From an uncultured bacterium (GTDB lineage Bacteria; Fidelibacterota; Marinisomatia; Marinisomatales; UBA1611), in contig CAZEER010000005.1 in NCBI GenBank assembly GCA_964511215.1, positions 1-55,221 of the forward strand: 55,221 bases of DNA. The letters run 5' to 3'. Shown piece after piece: positions 19,730 through 30,376 of this stretch; within the stretch, counting starts at the first letter, position 1; the number at the start of each line of letters is the position of its first letter. The notes under the pieces are model-generated. The model saw only the letters and a list, made by a program, of their open reading frames with translations, was not told the origin of the DNA and did no database searches. Position numbers and translations under genes: made by a program.

Positions 19730-21056
19730 TTTTTTTAACTTTTGGTCCTTTCTTTAGCATTTTACTCGAAATTTTCCAAGAACGAACAACTTGTAATATT
19801 ATTAATGGGGAAAAAGTAAAAAATATTATCAAACTTATAATATAATATATATTTTTATCTTTATTTTTATAACTTGTTAAAGAAATTGGAATGTTTACGA
19901 AAAGGTAAAGGAAGGATCTTTTAATACCAAAATATTTTCTACTTAAATATAAGACACTTGGAATAGGCCTTGGATCAAAATAGCCTTTTGGTCTTAATGC
20001 GTCCCAAGAGCCCATTTTCCTTAAACCACCAGTTTTAATTTTTAAATGAATCCTTTTTGCTTCAGGATTTGATATTGCAATAATATTATTAATGTAGGCT
20101 CTCAAACCGAATTCACCATCACCCATACGCATACCTTCAAATTGTTCATCAAATAAATTACATTTATTAAATACTTCTCTATTAATAACAACATTTCCTG
20201 TATCTAATTGATCTGATATTCTATAAAATTTATAATTTAATGGTATGCTAGCACCGTGTGATGATAATGAAACTCCAGCTGAAATTTTTACATTATAGTA
20301 TTCGAGACAATTTAAATGTTTAGTTAGCCAATCCGATTCTAATCGTGAGTCGTCATCAAGTAACGCGATTATCTTTTCTTCAGAAGATATTATAGCATTA
20401 TTTCTTGCCTTCCATAATCCAGGATTACTCTGTCTAATCAATTTTAAATCCAAATTATAATCCTTATAGAAATCTTCAGAATAAGGATTAGACTGATCAA
20501 TTACAGTAACTGCAAAATATTGATGATCTTGCAACTCTAAATCCCTTAATAAATCTTTAAGAGATTTATAACGATTAAGTGTAGGTATTATAATTCTAAC
20601 TTTTATCTTATTAAGAACAAATTCCTGATATACATTATTCTCTAATTTTAAAGGAGCAATGGGGTTATCAAATAACTTTTGGCGTTTTATATGCAGTGAT
20701 TTAAGATATCCTCTTAATGTTTTCAAGGGGTTTTTTAGTGTAAAAATGCAATACACGAAGAATATAGGCACCCATAGACTATGAAAATACTTTTTTATAA
20801 ATCTAAACTCATCTGCAAGACTGGGTTTATAGTTAAGTGAACTAATTGTTAAATTTTCATGAAAATTATTATCGGGAATCCATCCTCTCGCAAGCAACTG
20901 AAAACTTGAATCTATTACTGCGCTGTTATTGGAATCATAATACTTATCTATTGTAATATCATTATCAAAAGTAGCAGGGTTTGGCCATTTAGTGTTTTTG
21001 CAGTCTATTTTATGAAAATACCAAAAAGGCTTTATTAATTTTAACGATTCAAACAT
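19722..21056 (-). CDS. Glycosyltransferase family 2 with N-terminal extension
   Basis: IIIPTLNR, VIDQS, ARNNAI, LLDDD, FDEQF, GDGEFGLR. Confidence 0.88.
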   Translation of the reverse strand: MFESLKLIKPFWYFHKIDCKNTKWPNPATFDNDITIDKYYDSNNSAVIDSSFQLLARGWIPDNNFHENLTISSLNYKPSLADEFRFIKKYFHSLWVPIFFVYCIFTLKNPLKTLRGYLKSLHIKRQKLFDNPIAPLKLENNVYQEFVLNKIKVRIIIPTLNRYKSLKDLLRDLELQDHQYFAVTVIDQSNPYSEDFYKDYNLDLKLIRQSNPGLWKARNNAIISSEEKIIALLDDDSRLESDWLTKHLNCLEYYNVKISAGVSLSSHGASIPLNYKFYRISDQLDTGNVVINREVFNKCNLFDEQFEGMRMGDGEFGLRAYINNIIAISNPEAKRIHLKIKTGGLRKMGSWDALRPKGYFDPRPIPSVLYLSRKYFGIKRSFLYLFVNIPISLTSYKNKDKNIYYIISLIIFFTFSPLIILQVVRSWKISSKMLKKGPKVKKIV

Positions 21057-21105
21057 ATATTAATTAAAACCTTTGTTTTACTGTAAATCCATCTATAATA
21101 ACTGT

Positions 21106-22137
21106 TTAAATTAATTGGCTATTACTAAAAGTCCTAAAAAAACCACTATATGTCAATTTATCTAACCAAAGTTTTCGATTATCAATCTGTAAATTCCTAA
21201 AGTCTTGATTAGATAATTTATTATGGAAATTATTTAGTTTTTGAATAGTTTTATCTATTTCATTTTCTTCTATCCAAACACAGTGTCGTTTCCAGTTGAT
21301 TTGATTATCAAATGGAAGAATACAGTCAGAATTTATAAAGACAGGGATCCTTCCCATTGATAATGCTTCATAGAATCGTGCTGAAAAGTTACCTCTACCT
21401 CTAGCACATAGGATATAAGGTGAAGATAGCATATTACCCCAAAATTCATTTTTATGTTTTTCTATACTTACTGCCTGACCACCAGATCTAGAACGAATTA
21501 TGAATTCAGTTTCAATCATATCCGATCCATAAAGTATTTTAAGGACACTCCTTCTTAAATTTGCACCAGAGATTGACAAAGATAAATCTAGGTATGGCCT
21601 TTTCTTAGAATTATAAATTTTAAATATTGAATTTCTAATTGATCTAATCAAACTATCAACCGTATTATGACTTGCTAAACCACAAAAACCAATTTTAGGT
21701 TTTTCATTTTTTTTTAAAATTTTAATCTGATCCATTCCCAAATATTTTAGAGGATCTCGAATAATTACAGGATAGGAATATTGGTTTTTTTTACGGTTTG
21801 ACATATACCCCCCATGGTGAAACCAAGTAAAATCACCATTTGGTACTTTTATAGTATAATCACCTTCAATCCACGAAAATATTTTTTTTTGTTCCTTTTT
21901 ATATTTTTTTAACAAATCAATTGCTTTATTAATTGTTCCATTTTCAAAGTAATAATTCCATGTCATTGGCAAGACACATAAGTCAGCTTTATAAATATTA
22001 TTACAATATTCTAAATCATTTTCTACTAAACCATAAACTGAATATCGACTGTTTGGGTAAAGAGGCTTTACCCATTCAGATATATACTTTCTTGGAAGCC
22101 CTTTTTTTAAATCTTCAAATTCAAAATGTATTTTCAT
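21106..22137 (-). CDS. Exostosin-family (GT47-like) glycosyltransferase
   Basis: C-terminal SPYILCARGRGNFSARFYEALSMGRIPVFINSDCILPFDNQINW matches the exostosin signature (F.LCPRG....R.YEAL..G.IPV......LPF...IDW). Confidence 0.8.
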   Translation of the reverse strand: MKIHFEFEDLKKGLPRKYISEWVKPLYPNSRYSVYGLVENDLEYCNNIYKADLCVLPMTWNYYFENGTINKAIDLLKKYKKEQKKIFSWIEGDYTIKVPNGDFTWFHHGGYMSNRKKNQYSYPVIIRDPLKYLGMDQIKILKKNEKPKIGFCGLASHNTVDSLIRSIRNSIFKIYNSKKRPYLDLSLSISGANLRRSVLKILYGSDMIETEFIIRSRSGGQAVSIEKHKNEFWGNMLSSPYILCARGRGNFSARFYEALSMGRIPVFINSDCILPFDNQINWKRHCVWIEENEIDKTIQKLNNFHNKLSNQDFRNLQIDNRKLWLDKLTYSGFFRTFSNSQLI

Positions 22138-23312
22138 TAGTATTTAAAAAATTCCAAGAATTTATGCTCTTGTTCCATTAAATTGAATTTTTTATTTACT
22201 CTGGAAATTGCATTTTCTCTAATTTCATTTATCCTCATATTTGACAATCCTAAAACATATTGTATTTTTGCAGCTAAATAATCAGATCTCATTTTTTTTA
22301 CAACAAATCCAGTCTCACCATCTAATACATTTTCAGATAGACCTTCTGCATTCGAAACAATTGTAATAAGACCCATTGCCTGAGCTTCTAAAACTGAGTT
22401 ACAAAATCCTTCTTGAATACTATACTGTAGATAGATATCAGCTTCTGAATAATATTTTTTAATATCATTATGCTCAACATGTCCTAAAAAATTCACCTGA
22501 TTATTTAGACCTAACTGATGAGAAGCAAAAATAAGTCTTTCTAATTCTACACCATCTCCTATAACTGTATAATTAAATTTAATTCCTATTTTTTTTATTA
22601 ATGCTAACGCTTCAAGTGTATATTCCAATCCTTTTTTCCAATGGAGTCTGGCAACAGTTAAAAAATGGGTATTTTTTTCTGAAATTATTTTATTTTTTTC
22701 TTGTTTAATTTGAAAATAATCAACTTTAATTGCTGGTTGAATTATTGCATTTAGAGTATCATCTTTTAATCCAGTTTTCTTTGCTTTATTTAATAAATCT
22801 TGAGATATGGAATGTACTTTATCAACCTTATACCAAAGTCTTTTATAACAATCAGGGTATTTTAGAGGGTATACACATATGTCATACCCTCTAAGACTAA
22901 TACTCATCCTAACACACATTGCTTGGGCTACATTCTCTCTCCTTATGGACATAGTAATAAAACCAAAATGAAGCCAATCTAAATCCTGATTTAGTATGTG
23001 TAAATTAATGTAAAGATTTTCCCAACAAGTCCTAAACTTTATATTATCTTTTTTTTCAAGTTTTAAAAAACGAATTAAAATTATTGGGCGCTTTAAAAAA
23101 AATATACTACATAAAAAAACCATTTTAAAAACTTGGTAAAATCTATTCTTACTTATTCTAGGAGGTTGTATTACTTTATATAAGTTATAATGTTCACTTT
23201 GATTAGAAAATAATATAACTCTATGTCCTATTTTCTCTAGTATTTCAATCTTTGACTTCAGAAATGTTTCTGATTTTTGTGGGGTATTTGGTATGACTAG
23301 ACCTATTCTCAT
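22137..23312 (-). CDS. Glycosyltransferase family 4 (WcaL-like)
   Basis: SETF, HFGF, SLRGYD, TVARLHWKKG, QEGFCNSVLEAQAMG. Confidence 0.9.
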   Translation of the reverse strand: MRIGLVIPNTPQKSETFLKSKIEILEKIGHRVILFSNQSEHYNLYKVIQPPRISKNRFYQVFKMVFLCSIFFLKRPIILIRFLKLEKKDNIKFRTCWENLYINLHILNQDLDWLHFGFITMSIRRENVAQAMCVRMSISLRGYDICVYPLKYPDCYKRLWYKVDKVHSISQDLLNKAKKTGLKDDTLNAIIQPAIKVDYFQIKQEKNKIISEKNTHFLTVARLHWKKGLEYTLEALALIKKIGIKFNYTVIGDGVELERLIFASHQLGLNNQVNFLGHVEHNDIKKYYSEADIYLQYSIQEGFCNSVLEAQAMGLITIVSNAEGLSENVLDGETGFVVKKMRSDYLAAKIQYVLGLSNMRINEIRENAISRVNKKFNLMEQEHKFLEFFKY

Positions 23313-24094
23313 TTATAACAAAGGAATGCAGTCTCCATAGGTTTTATTCCATGCTTTTTCCCATTATATATATAGAGACTTCTCTTACTAACTAGGCTAA
23401 AGTTCTCTTTCATAATATTAATAATGTCTAATCCATAATCACGATAATGCCCATTAAATCCTAAATGATTAAAATGAATCGTTAGTTGTTTCCTCCAATC
23501 ACCTGGAATTGTAATAATGGCAACTCCTCTAGGTTTTAAAATCCTTGATAATTCCATAAGTGCCATTTTATCATTTGGAACATGTTCAAGAACATGGTTA
23601 ATTAATATCAAATCAAATGATGAATTATCAAAGCTTAATTGCTGTATGTCTTCATTTAGATAATCAACTTCAAGCATATTGTAATCTGTGGTAAAATATC
23701 TATGGTTAGTATACTTACGCAATTCATCTTCTAAAATTGGTTCAGGGGCAAAATGTAAAATTTTTAATTCTTTACTCGATTTAAGATAATCATGGTATAA
23801 AAAAAATAAACCTCTATGCCTTGAGCGACTATTACAGTTTTGGCATGCTGAATTCCATGATATACTTTGAGAATTACTAAGATGTTCGAATGACTTTGCA
23901 GAATATTTACATATTGGACAAAACAAATTTTTTGGTCTATTTATTAAATTGTATACATGAAAAATATTAACGGACTCAGTTTGTATATAATTCCATAATC
24001 CAGACCACTCGCCATTCAAAAAGAATACTATAATTTTTCTTATAAATCTATTAACAGTTGCTTTTTTCCTTTTTCTGGTTGTTTTAACACTCAT
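23309..24094 (-). CDS. Class I SAM-dependent methyltransferase (type 11) with N-terminal CxxC...CxxC
   Basis: CPIC and CQNC pairs, LHFAPE, FDLILINHVLEHV, RILKPRG, GHYRDYG. Confidence 0.85.
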   Translation of the reverse strand: MSVKTTRKRKKATVNRFIRKIIVFFLNGEWSGLWNYIQTESVNIFHVYNLINRPKNLFCPICKYSAKSFEHLSNSQSISWNSACQNCNSRSRHRGLFFLYHDYLKSSKELKILHFAPEPILEDELRKYTNHRYFTTDYNMLEVDYLNEDIQQLSFDNSSFDLILINHVLEHVPNDKMALMELSRILKPRGVAIITIPGDWRKQLTIHFNHLGFNGHYRDYGLDIINIMKENFSLVSKRSLYIYNGKKHGIKPMETAFLCYK

Positions 24095-25293
24095 TATAAA
24101 ACTATAGATCTATAAAGCTCTTTCATTTTAAACCCTTGGCTATAAATATCATGTCTGTCTTTGACAAAATTAGATGCTAATTCTGTCATGGCTTTTTTAG
24201 CACTATGATCTTGGTTAATAACATTTTGCATTATTTCTGTTAATTGATCTATGTTTCTAGATTGAAATAAAAATCCATTTTTTTTATGTTCTATTACTTC
24301 ATCCATTCCACCACAATCACTAGTGATTACAGGTAAACCAATTGCCATTGCTTCCAAAACAGAATTTGCTATTCCTTCTTCGACACTCGGTAATAAATAA
24401 CAATTTGATTTTTCCATTAAAGAATAAACCTGTTCCTGTAAGGAACAATGAATAAAACTAACATATGAATTAAGTGAAAGATCATCCACCATATATAGTA
24501 TTTCTTCGGAAGGATGACCATTTGCAATTATAGTATAATGAATTTTAAACCTTTTATCTATTAGATTACGAATTGCACGGATTGCATATTGATAACCTTT
24601 TTTCCAATGATGTCTTCCTACAGAGATATAATGAAATCCATTCTCTATTTCAAACTTTTTAATTTTATAAGAACCAAGTAATGACAAATTAATTCCAGAA
24701 TAAATTACTTTTGTTTTACTTTTTATTTGACCATATTTCTCAGATTCTTTAGCAATCGCTTTTGATACTGCGTGAAAGTAATCTACCACTGGGAATAATT
24801 CTCGATAAGTATTTGCCAGTTCGTTATTTGCAATGGGGGAATAATTAATATGTGCACCCCTTAGGCTTAAAACTATCTTTATCCCATAAATTTCTTTTAG
24901 AAAAACCCAATTAGGCAGAGCTTTAGCCCATTGGATATGAAAAATATCTGGCAAATTATTAACTACAGGAAGAACCTTACCCCACCAAGTAAAAAAGCTA
25001 ATTTTTTTTGTTTTTGAAAATTTGCGGTAAAATGAGAGTAGATTAAAAAATTTGAATGGCTGAATAATGAAATAACGTAACATATGAAAAAAAACAAAAC
25101 AAATTCTTAATAATTTATTATTTGGAGTAGAAAAAATGCATACATTGCTACGCTTATATTTTTTCAATAAAATATTCCTACCAAACAAATATACACAGAC
25201 ATTTTGATGCGTAAGTCCATTAATTAAGTTCTCTATAAAAATAGGTCCAGGGATTGCACCTGTGTATATTGCTACATTTAGCTTTTTTTCCAA
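24094..25293 (-). CDS. Glycosyltransferase family 4 (WcaL-like)
   Basis: HIQWAK, SLRGAH, SVGRHHWKKG, EEGIANSVLEAMAIGLPV; TTG start. Confidence 0.9.
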   Translation of the reverse strand: MEKKLNVAIYTGAIPGPIFIENLINGLTHQNVCVYLFGRNILLKKYKRSNVCIFSTPNNKLLRICFVFFHMLRYFIIQPFKFFNLLSFYRKFSKTKKISFFTWWGKVLPVVNNLPDIFHIQWAKALPNWVFLKEIYGIKIVLSLRGAHINYSPIANNELANTYRELFPVVDYFHAVSKAIAKESEKYGQIKSKTKVIYSGINLSLLGSYKIKKFEIENGFHYISVGRHHWKKGYQYAIRAIRNLIDKRFKIHYTIIANGHPSEEILYMVDDLSLNSYVSFIHCSLQEQVYSLMEKSNCYLLPSVEEGIANSVLEAMAIGLPVITSDCGGMDEVIEHKKNGFLFQSRNIDQLTEIMQNVINQDHSAKKAMTELASNFVKDRHDIYSQGFKMKELYRSIVL

Positions 25294-26585
25294 AATTTCT
25301 TACACCAAACTGATAATGTTAATAGCATACTAATTGGATGACTATATTTTATTGAGTCATCTTTTTTAAACTTATTATAATAATCTTTTACAATTTCACT
25401 AGAAATTAAATCATTTAATTCTGGGACTTCGAATAACCACTGTTTAAGATAATTTTCATTGGATTCACCTAAAAACTGTAGTTCCCAATTACGTTCAATT
25501 TTCGGATTTATTTTAAAAAATATTTCGTTTATAATTCTATTGGCATATCTGAAAATTCTCTTATAAAAATATAGACTATTAAAGTATTTATATTTATATA
25601 AGTCAAGATCATATTCTTGCCAAGGAATCTCTGCCAGTTTTGGCGCTCTACGTTTAATGTATTCAATTTGGATTTTTCTATTAGATAAATATTCTTCTGG
25701 TAGTGTACAAATAAATTCACACATTTCCTTACTATAATAGGGTATGTATATCTCTTTATAGTTTGAAAATATTTTTAAATTATTATTTGCCCAACGATGA
25801 GTCCATTGTAATGATTTAAATGCCCTGATCCTACTATTTGGATTTTTAATATCAATATCTAGAAGAATATTTTTGACAGTTTTATAAAAAATATCATAAA
25901 AATCACCAGTTAATTCCCAATACTTCCATAATTCTTCCGCTAATTCTATACCACCTGGCTTTGCAATCTTTTTTATTAGAAAATTTGTTTGTTCATCAAT
26001 ATCTGCCTCATTTTTAATACCAGGAGTATCAAATAATACATCACCCCATTGACCAGATATAATAATATCACCTAAGTCTGCAATTTCATTAATAAATGCC
26101 ATTTGGCGTGGATGAGTAAACTCAACTTGACATCTATTAATATTTGATAATGAATCAATTTTATTCCATAAATATCCATGTGGAATAGTAAAAGATTTGA
26201 ATTTCCAATTGAAATTATTTGCAATCTGTTGCGCGTATTTAATTTCAGGAACACCAGATTCAAACTCATATGAGTAGGTTTTAATTTCTTTTCGATTGCT
26301 TAAAGCGGCTGCCAATGTTCGTGAATCTAAGCCACCTGATAATGGGAGAATAATTTTTTTTCTTTTATTATTATTTTTAATTAATAATTCAAAAAGATCG
26401 GAAAATTCTTTTATGACATTTGAAAATGAAACTTTTCGTGGAGTATGATGCCAAACTATATCGGGACCAAATTTTGATTGTGGTTCTTTTGAATTTGAAA
26501 GAAAAGTGTTGTCATCAAAAAAAAATCCAGTCGCTAACCATACGGCAATAGATTGATAATCGACTTGACTATCAGGATCTAACAT
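25278..26585 (-). CDS. Asparagine synthase C-terminal (synthetase) domain protein lacking the glutaminase domain
   Basis: LPLSGGLDSR ATP-pyrophosphatase loop and GQWGDVLF; no N-terminal MCG or HRGPD. Confidence 0.8.
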   Translation of the reverse strand: MLDPDSQVDYQSIAVWLATGFFFDDNTFLSNSKEPQSKFGPDIVWHHTPRKVSFSNVIKEFSDLFELLIKNNNKRKKIILPLSGGLDSRTLAAALSNRKEIKTYSYEFESGVPEIKYAQQIANNFNWKFKSFTIPHGYLWNKIDSLSNINRCQVEFTHPRQMAFINEIADLGDIIISGQWGDVLFDTPGIKNEADIDEQTNFLIKKIAKPGGIELAEELWKYWELTGDFYDIFYKTVKNILLDIDIKNPNSRIRAFKSLQWTHRWANNNLKIFSNYKEIYIPYYSKEMCEFICTLPEEYLSNRKIQIEYIKRRAPKLAEIPWQEYDLDLYKYKYFNSLYFYKRIFRYANRIINEIFFKINPKIERNWELQFLGESNENYLKQWLFEVPELNDLISSEIVKDYYNKFKKDDSIKYSHPISMLLTLSVWCKKFWKKS

Positions 26586-27612
26586 TTTTTATTTTTAAAT
26601 ATTGATTGATCTTAAAATCATAAATTTGAATTATACTAATAATCTTTATCATCACCTTATAAAAAAATTGATTTGCATAGGTTGTGAATAATAACAAAGG
26701 AAAATAAAAAAAAGATAATCCATATTTATTTAGGTACTTAATCTCAGAGTATAAATAATTCATCCGCATTATTATTGAATAATTATATTTCCGTGTTTGT
26801 TCTACTAAACCTTTAATACAATATAAATATATTATACTGAGATTTTTAGAGACCTTAAAAAGGTTGTTCTTAAAAATATAAGGTAAATAAAAGTGTTTAT
26901 ATTGATCATAAAAAATATTTATTAGTGGATTTTCTCTTTTATACCTAGCCATTGTAGAGTTATAATGCCTTTTTGATTCCGCTACAACTTTAGGTAGAAA
27001 ATAGATGGAATGGTTTAAAGATAATTTAAATACAAAGGCGATATCCTCACCTATAAGCATATCATTTTCGAAGCCACCTACAGAATTAAAAGCATCTTTT
27101 TTGCACATAATTGTTGGTGGTCCAGCTCCAACGGCAAAATTTAAGATTGCAGAAGCTAGGCATGGTGGACTATTTAATCCTTCATTAAAAGTACTATAAT
27201 CTGGTAAATATTTTTTTCCATAATCATAATGAGCTATTATTTTGCCAAAAACCATATCAATATTATTTTGTGAAAAGATAATTTTCGCTAAAGAACTTAT
27301 TTTATCTGATGGATAGATATCATCTACATCAAAAAAAGTAATTATTTCACCTGTTGATCTATAAACACCTGTATTTCTTGCGGCTCCCGCACCTTGCTTA
27401 TTCTCAAAATAAATTTTTACCCTAGAATCATTATTCTTCAAATTATTTATTAATTCTACCGATCGATCATCAGAATTATTATCAACGAAAATGATTTCAA
27501 TATTGGGATAATCCTGTTTGAAAATATAATTATAAAGTTCGTCAATAAATTTTTCACCATTATAAACTGGTATTATTATTGAAACTAAAGGCAATGTATT
27601 TAGGTCAGTCAC
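26572..27612 (-). CDS. Glycosyltransferase family 2
   Basis: VSIIIPVYNGE, VDNNSDD, GAGAARNTG, FFDVDD, GED. Confidence 0.92.
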   Translation of the reverse strand: MTDLNTLPLVSIIIPVYNGEKFIDELYNYIFKQDYPNIEIIFVDNNSDDRSVELINNLKNNDSRVKIYFENKQGAGAARNTGVYRSTGEIITFFDVDDIYPSDKISSLAKIIFSQNNIDMVFGKIIAHYDYGKKYLPDYSTFNEGLNSPPCLASAILNFAVGAGPPTIMCKKDAFNSVGGFENDMLIGEDIAFVFKLSLNHSIYFLPKVVAESKRHYNSTMARYKRENPLINIFYDQYKHFYLPYIFKNNLFKVSKNLSIIYLYCIKGLVEQTRKYNYSIIMRMNYLYSEIKYLNKYGLSFFYFPLLLFTTYANQFFYKVMIKIISIIQIYDFKINQYLKIKNVRS

Positions 27613-29236
27613 AATTATATACTAATCCAATTCCCATAGAATTCTGGTTAAAATTTTCTATGATCTCCTTATGCTCATAATCTGCTTTTATTTCTTGCCA
27701 AAATTTATATACTTCAATTTTATCTGAATCATCATGCCCTGTTATATTTGGTAATATATCATGAAAAGCAATTATACCACCATCACGCACAAACTCTCTG
27801 TAAATATTGAAATCTTTCTTTACACCTTCATATGAATGATCTCCATCAATAAATAGAAAGTCTATTTTTCTAGATCCTAAATAATTTTTAACCATACCTA
27901 ATGTTTCTTTAGAATGACTATTATTTTGAATAAGGTGCATTTTAGTGTTTGAATCCATCCCAAAATACTTATAAAGCTTTTTTTTCTTCCTAGGATAACC
28001 TCCTCCGAACGGTCCCTCTGGTAGATCAATAGAAATAATTATTCCACCACAACACACTCTAGACCACATAAAGAGAGTACCTCCTTTTCTTGTACCAATT
28101 TCTAATATAACCTTAGGCTTAATTGATCTGATAGTATCTGTCAATTCTATAATCTCTTTCTTTCTTTGAGACATCGAAATTCTATCATAGTAACCATAGC
28201 CAACAAAATTTTTTGTAAAATTATAATATTCTTCTGATTTTTGAAGATGAAAAGCTTTCTTAAACTTTATTTTTGTTAAAAACCATGCTAATCCATCCAA
28301 TATATCTCTTTTATTTATTTTATTTTGCGTAAAAGGATTTATTATTTGCTTTTTGAATTTTTGTTTAAACCTAGATATATCAGGATCTAAAAAAAATATA
28401 CTAACACTTTGGAAAAGTCGAATAAAATATTTTTTATTTGAGAGTTCCAAATATCGTTGGGTAGCCAAAGCGTAATAGTAGTCTTCTTTGCTTAAAATAT
28501 TTGAAAATTCCTTAAAAAATTCAACAATTAATTTTCTAGCTGCAGTTGACTTTAATTGTGTATTTGCAGTGAGAGATTTTCTATCTTGAGAGCGATCAAG
28601 ACGTACTAAGGAATCATGAATCCCAGCAATATTTGTCACTAATGAAATTCTTAAAATATAGTCCCAGTCAACTGAAATGCTTGGATATCGGGTAGAGAAA
28701 GATAGCTTATAATTTTCATGAATGGATCTTCGAATCATCATGCAACTATTAACTACTTTTAATTGTTCTCTATAATTTAATTTGAAAAAACCAACACCCA
28801 TTGGATATTGGTTCCCATTAACAAGAATTCCTGGGAACTTGGAAGTAATTATCCTTCCATCCCAATGATCTGCTATTCCAGATACAAGACCAATGTCTGG
28901 TTGCGATTCTAAATAATCATACTGCAATTTTAATCTATTTTTATAATAAAAATCATCCTGTTCAGCAATAGCAATATATTTTGAAGTATAACTTATATTA
29001 TTTATTAATTTATTTAGCGTATACCCCAAGCCTCTATTATGTCTATTTATTAACAGTTTTATACGCTTATCTTGATATTTTTTTATTACACATTCTGAAT
29101 CGTCAATAGATCCATCATCGCAAATAATTAATTCAAAATTATTAAAAGTTTGATCAATCAAACTATCTATAGTACTAGAGATAGTCTTACTCCCATTATA
29201 AACTGGTAGTACTATTGCAATATCCGGCTTAAACAT
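27605..29236 (-). CDS. Fusion: GT2 glycosyltransferase + class I SAM methyltransferase (Methyltransf_24-like)
   Basis: N: IVLPVYNG, DDGSID, EQDD, VDWD. C: LEIGTRKGGT, ISIDLP, IDFLFIDGDHSYEGVKKDF, GGIIAFHDI. Confidence 0.87.
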   Translation of the reverse strand: MFKPDIAIVLPVYNGSKTISSTIDSLIDQTFNNFELIICDDGSIDDSECVIKKYQDKRIKLLINRHNRGLGYTLNKLINNISYTSKYIAIAEQDDFYYKNRLKLQYDYLESQPDIGLVSGIADHWDGRIITSKFPGILVNGNQYPMGVGFFKLNYREQLKVVNSCMMIRRSIHENYKLSFSTRYPSISVDWDYILRISLVTNIAGIHDSLVRLDRSQDRKSLTANTQLKSTAARKLIVEFFKEFSNILSKEDYYYALATQRYLELSNKKYFIRLFQSVSIFFLDPDISRFKQKFKKQIINPFTQNKINKRDILDGLAWFLTKIKFKKAFHLQKSEEYYNFTKNFVGYGYYDRISMSQRKKEIIELTDTIRSIKPKVILEIGTRKGGTLFMWSRVCCGGIIISIDLPEGPFGGGYPRKKKKLYKYFGMDSNTKMHLIQNNSHSKETLGMVKNYLGSRKIDFLFIDGDHSYEGVKKDFNIYREFVRDGGIIAFHDILPNITGHDDSDKIEVYKFWQEIKADYEHKEIIENFNQNSMGIGLVYNCD

Positions 29237-29244
29237 TACCCTAT

Positions 29245-30363
29245 TTATTCTAAAATTTCAGTGTAGATATCTTGATGTTTTTGGACTTCACAATCTAGAT
29301 TGTAATTATTTTCTATATAATTTCTAAAATCTAAAGCTTGATTATGGTGTGTCTGATATTTAGACAGAATGTTTCTAAATTTTTCAATTAATGATAAAGT
29401 ATCACCTGGCTGAAAGAGTGTGTTTTCAAAAGGTTTAAGTATATCCTTTACTCCAGGGATATTGCTTGCTATCACAGGTATTCCACAAGACATAGCTTCA
29501 ATAAGAGATACGGGGCACCCTTCTTTTCGTCCTTTATTATGAGTTGGCAATACAAATATATCAGCAATAGACAAGTAATTTTGAACTTCGCTTACTTTAC
29601 CAGTAAAATATATTTTTTTTGATGCTTGTAAATGATTTTTTTTCTTCATCAAATTTTTACCATACTGATTATTATTATCCCCTACAATAATAAGTTTCAA
29701 ATGTGAATATTCCTGACACAAAATTTCAAAAGCATCAAGTAAAATTTCTACTCCTTTTACAGGAACTAGGTTTGCAACAACTAGTATAACCTTATTTTCT
29801 TTAGAAATATTATATTGCCCTAAAAGGTTTTTATCCTTTGGTCTAGGAGAGAAGTCAGTTGTATTAACCCCACGAGGAACAAGGGTAATCTTTTTCGAGT
29901 TAGAAAAAAACTTGCGAATCATTTCGTTATTTTGTACTAATATATGATTGGCTAATAAACTCCTCAATTTCCAACTATTTTTTGATTTACCTCCCCAACT
30001 CATATTCTTTTTTGTATATACCCATGGTACTCCTGCTATTCGTGAAGCTAGTGCTTCTGAGTAATCTGAGGAATAATGAAAAGAATGGATCAGATCAGGA
30101 TTAATCATTTTAATCTTATTTGAGATTCTCCAGACTTCCATTATACCTTTAAAACGATTGCTCATTTGGGCCGTGAACTCAAAAATGTGGATTGGGATTT
30201 TACTTTGTTTAACTACATTGAAAAATGCGCCTTTATCATTAAAACAGGCAATATGGGGTTCAAAAATTTCTCTATCAAGATGTTTTACAATATTAAATAA
30301 TGCCTTACCACTTCCAGCTGTATCAAAATTAGGAATAGTATATAATATTTTCCACCGTGCCAT
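29245..30363 (-). CDS. Glycosyltransferase family 4
   Basis: Start moved to ATG 30363 (MARWKILYTIPNFDTAGSGK) to remove a 71-bp overlap with asnB. VANLVPVKG, EGCPVSLIEAMSCGIPV. Confidence 0.9.
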   Translation of the reverse strand: MARWKILYTIPNFDTAGSGKALFNIVKHLDREIFEPHIACFNDKGAFFNVVKQSKIPIHIFEFTAQMSNRFKGIMEVWRISNKIKMINPDLIHSFHYSSDYSEALASRIAGVPWVYTKKNMSWGGKSKNSWKLRSLLANHILVQNNEMIRKFFSNSKKITLVPRGVNTTDFSPRPKDKNLLGQYNISKENKVILVVANLVPVKGVEILLDAFEILCQEYSHLKLIIVGDNNNQYGKNLMKKKNHLQASKKIYFTGKVSEVQNYLSIADIFVLPTHNKGRKEGCPVSLIEAMSCGIPVIASNIPGVKDILKPFENTLFQPGDTLSLIEKFRNILSKYQTHHNQALDFRNYIENNYNLDCEVQKHQDIYTEILE

Positions 30364-30376
30364 CTTATAACTATTT

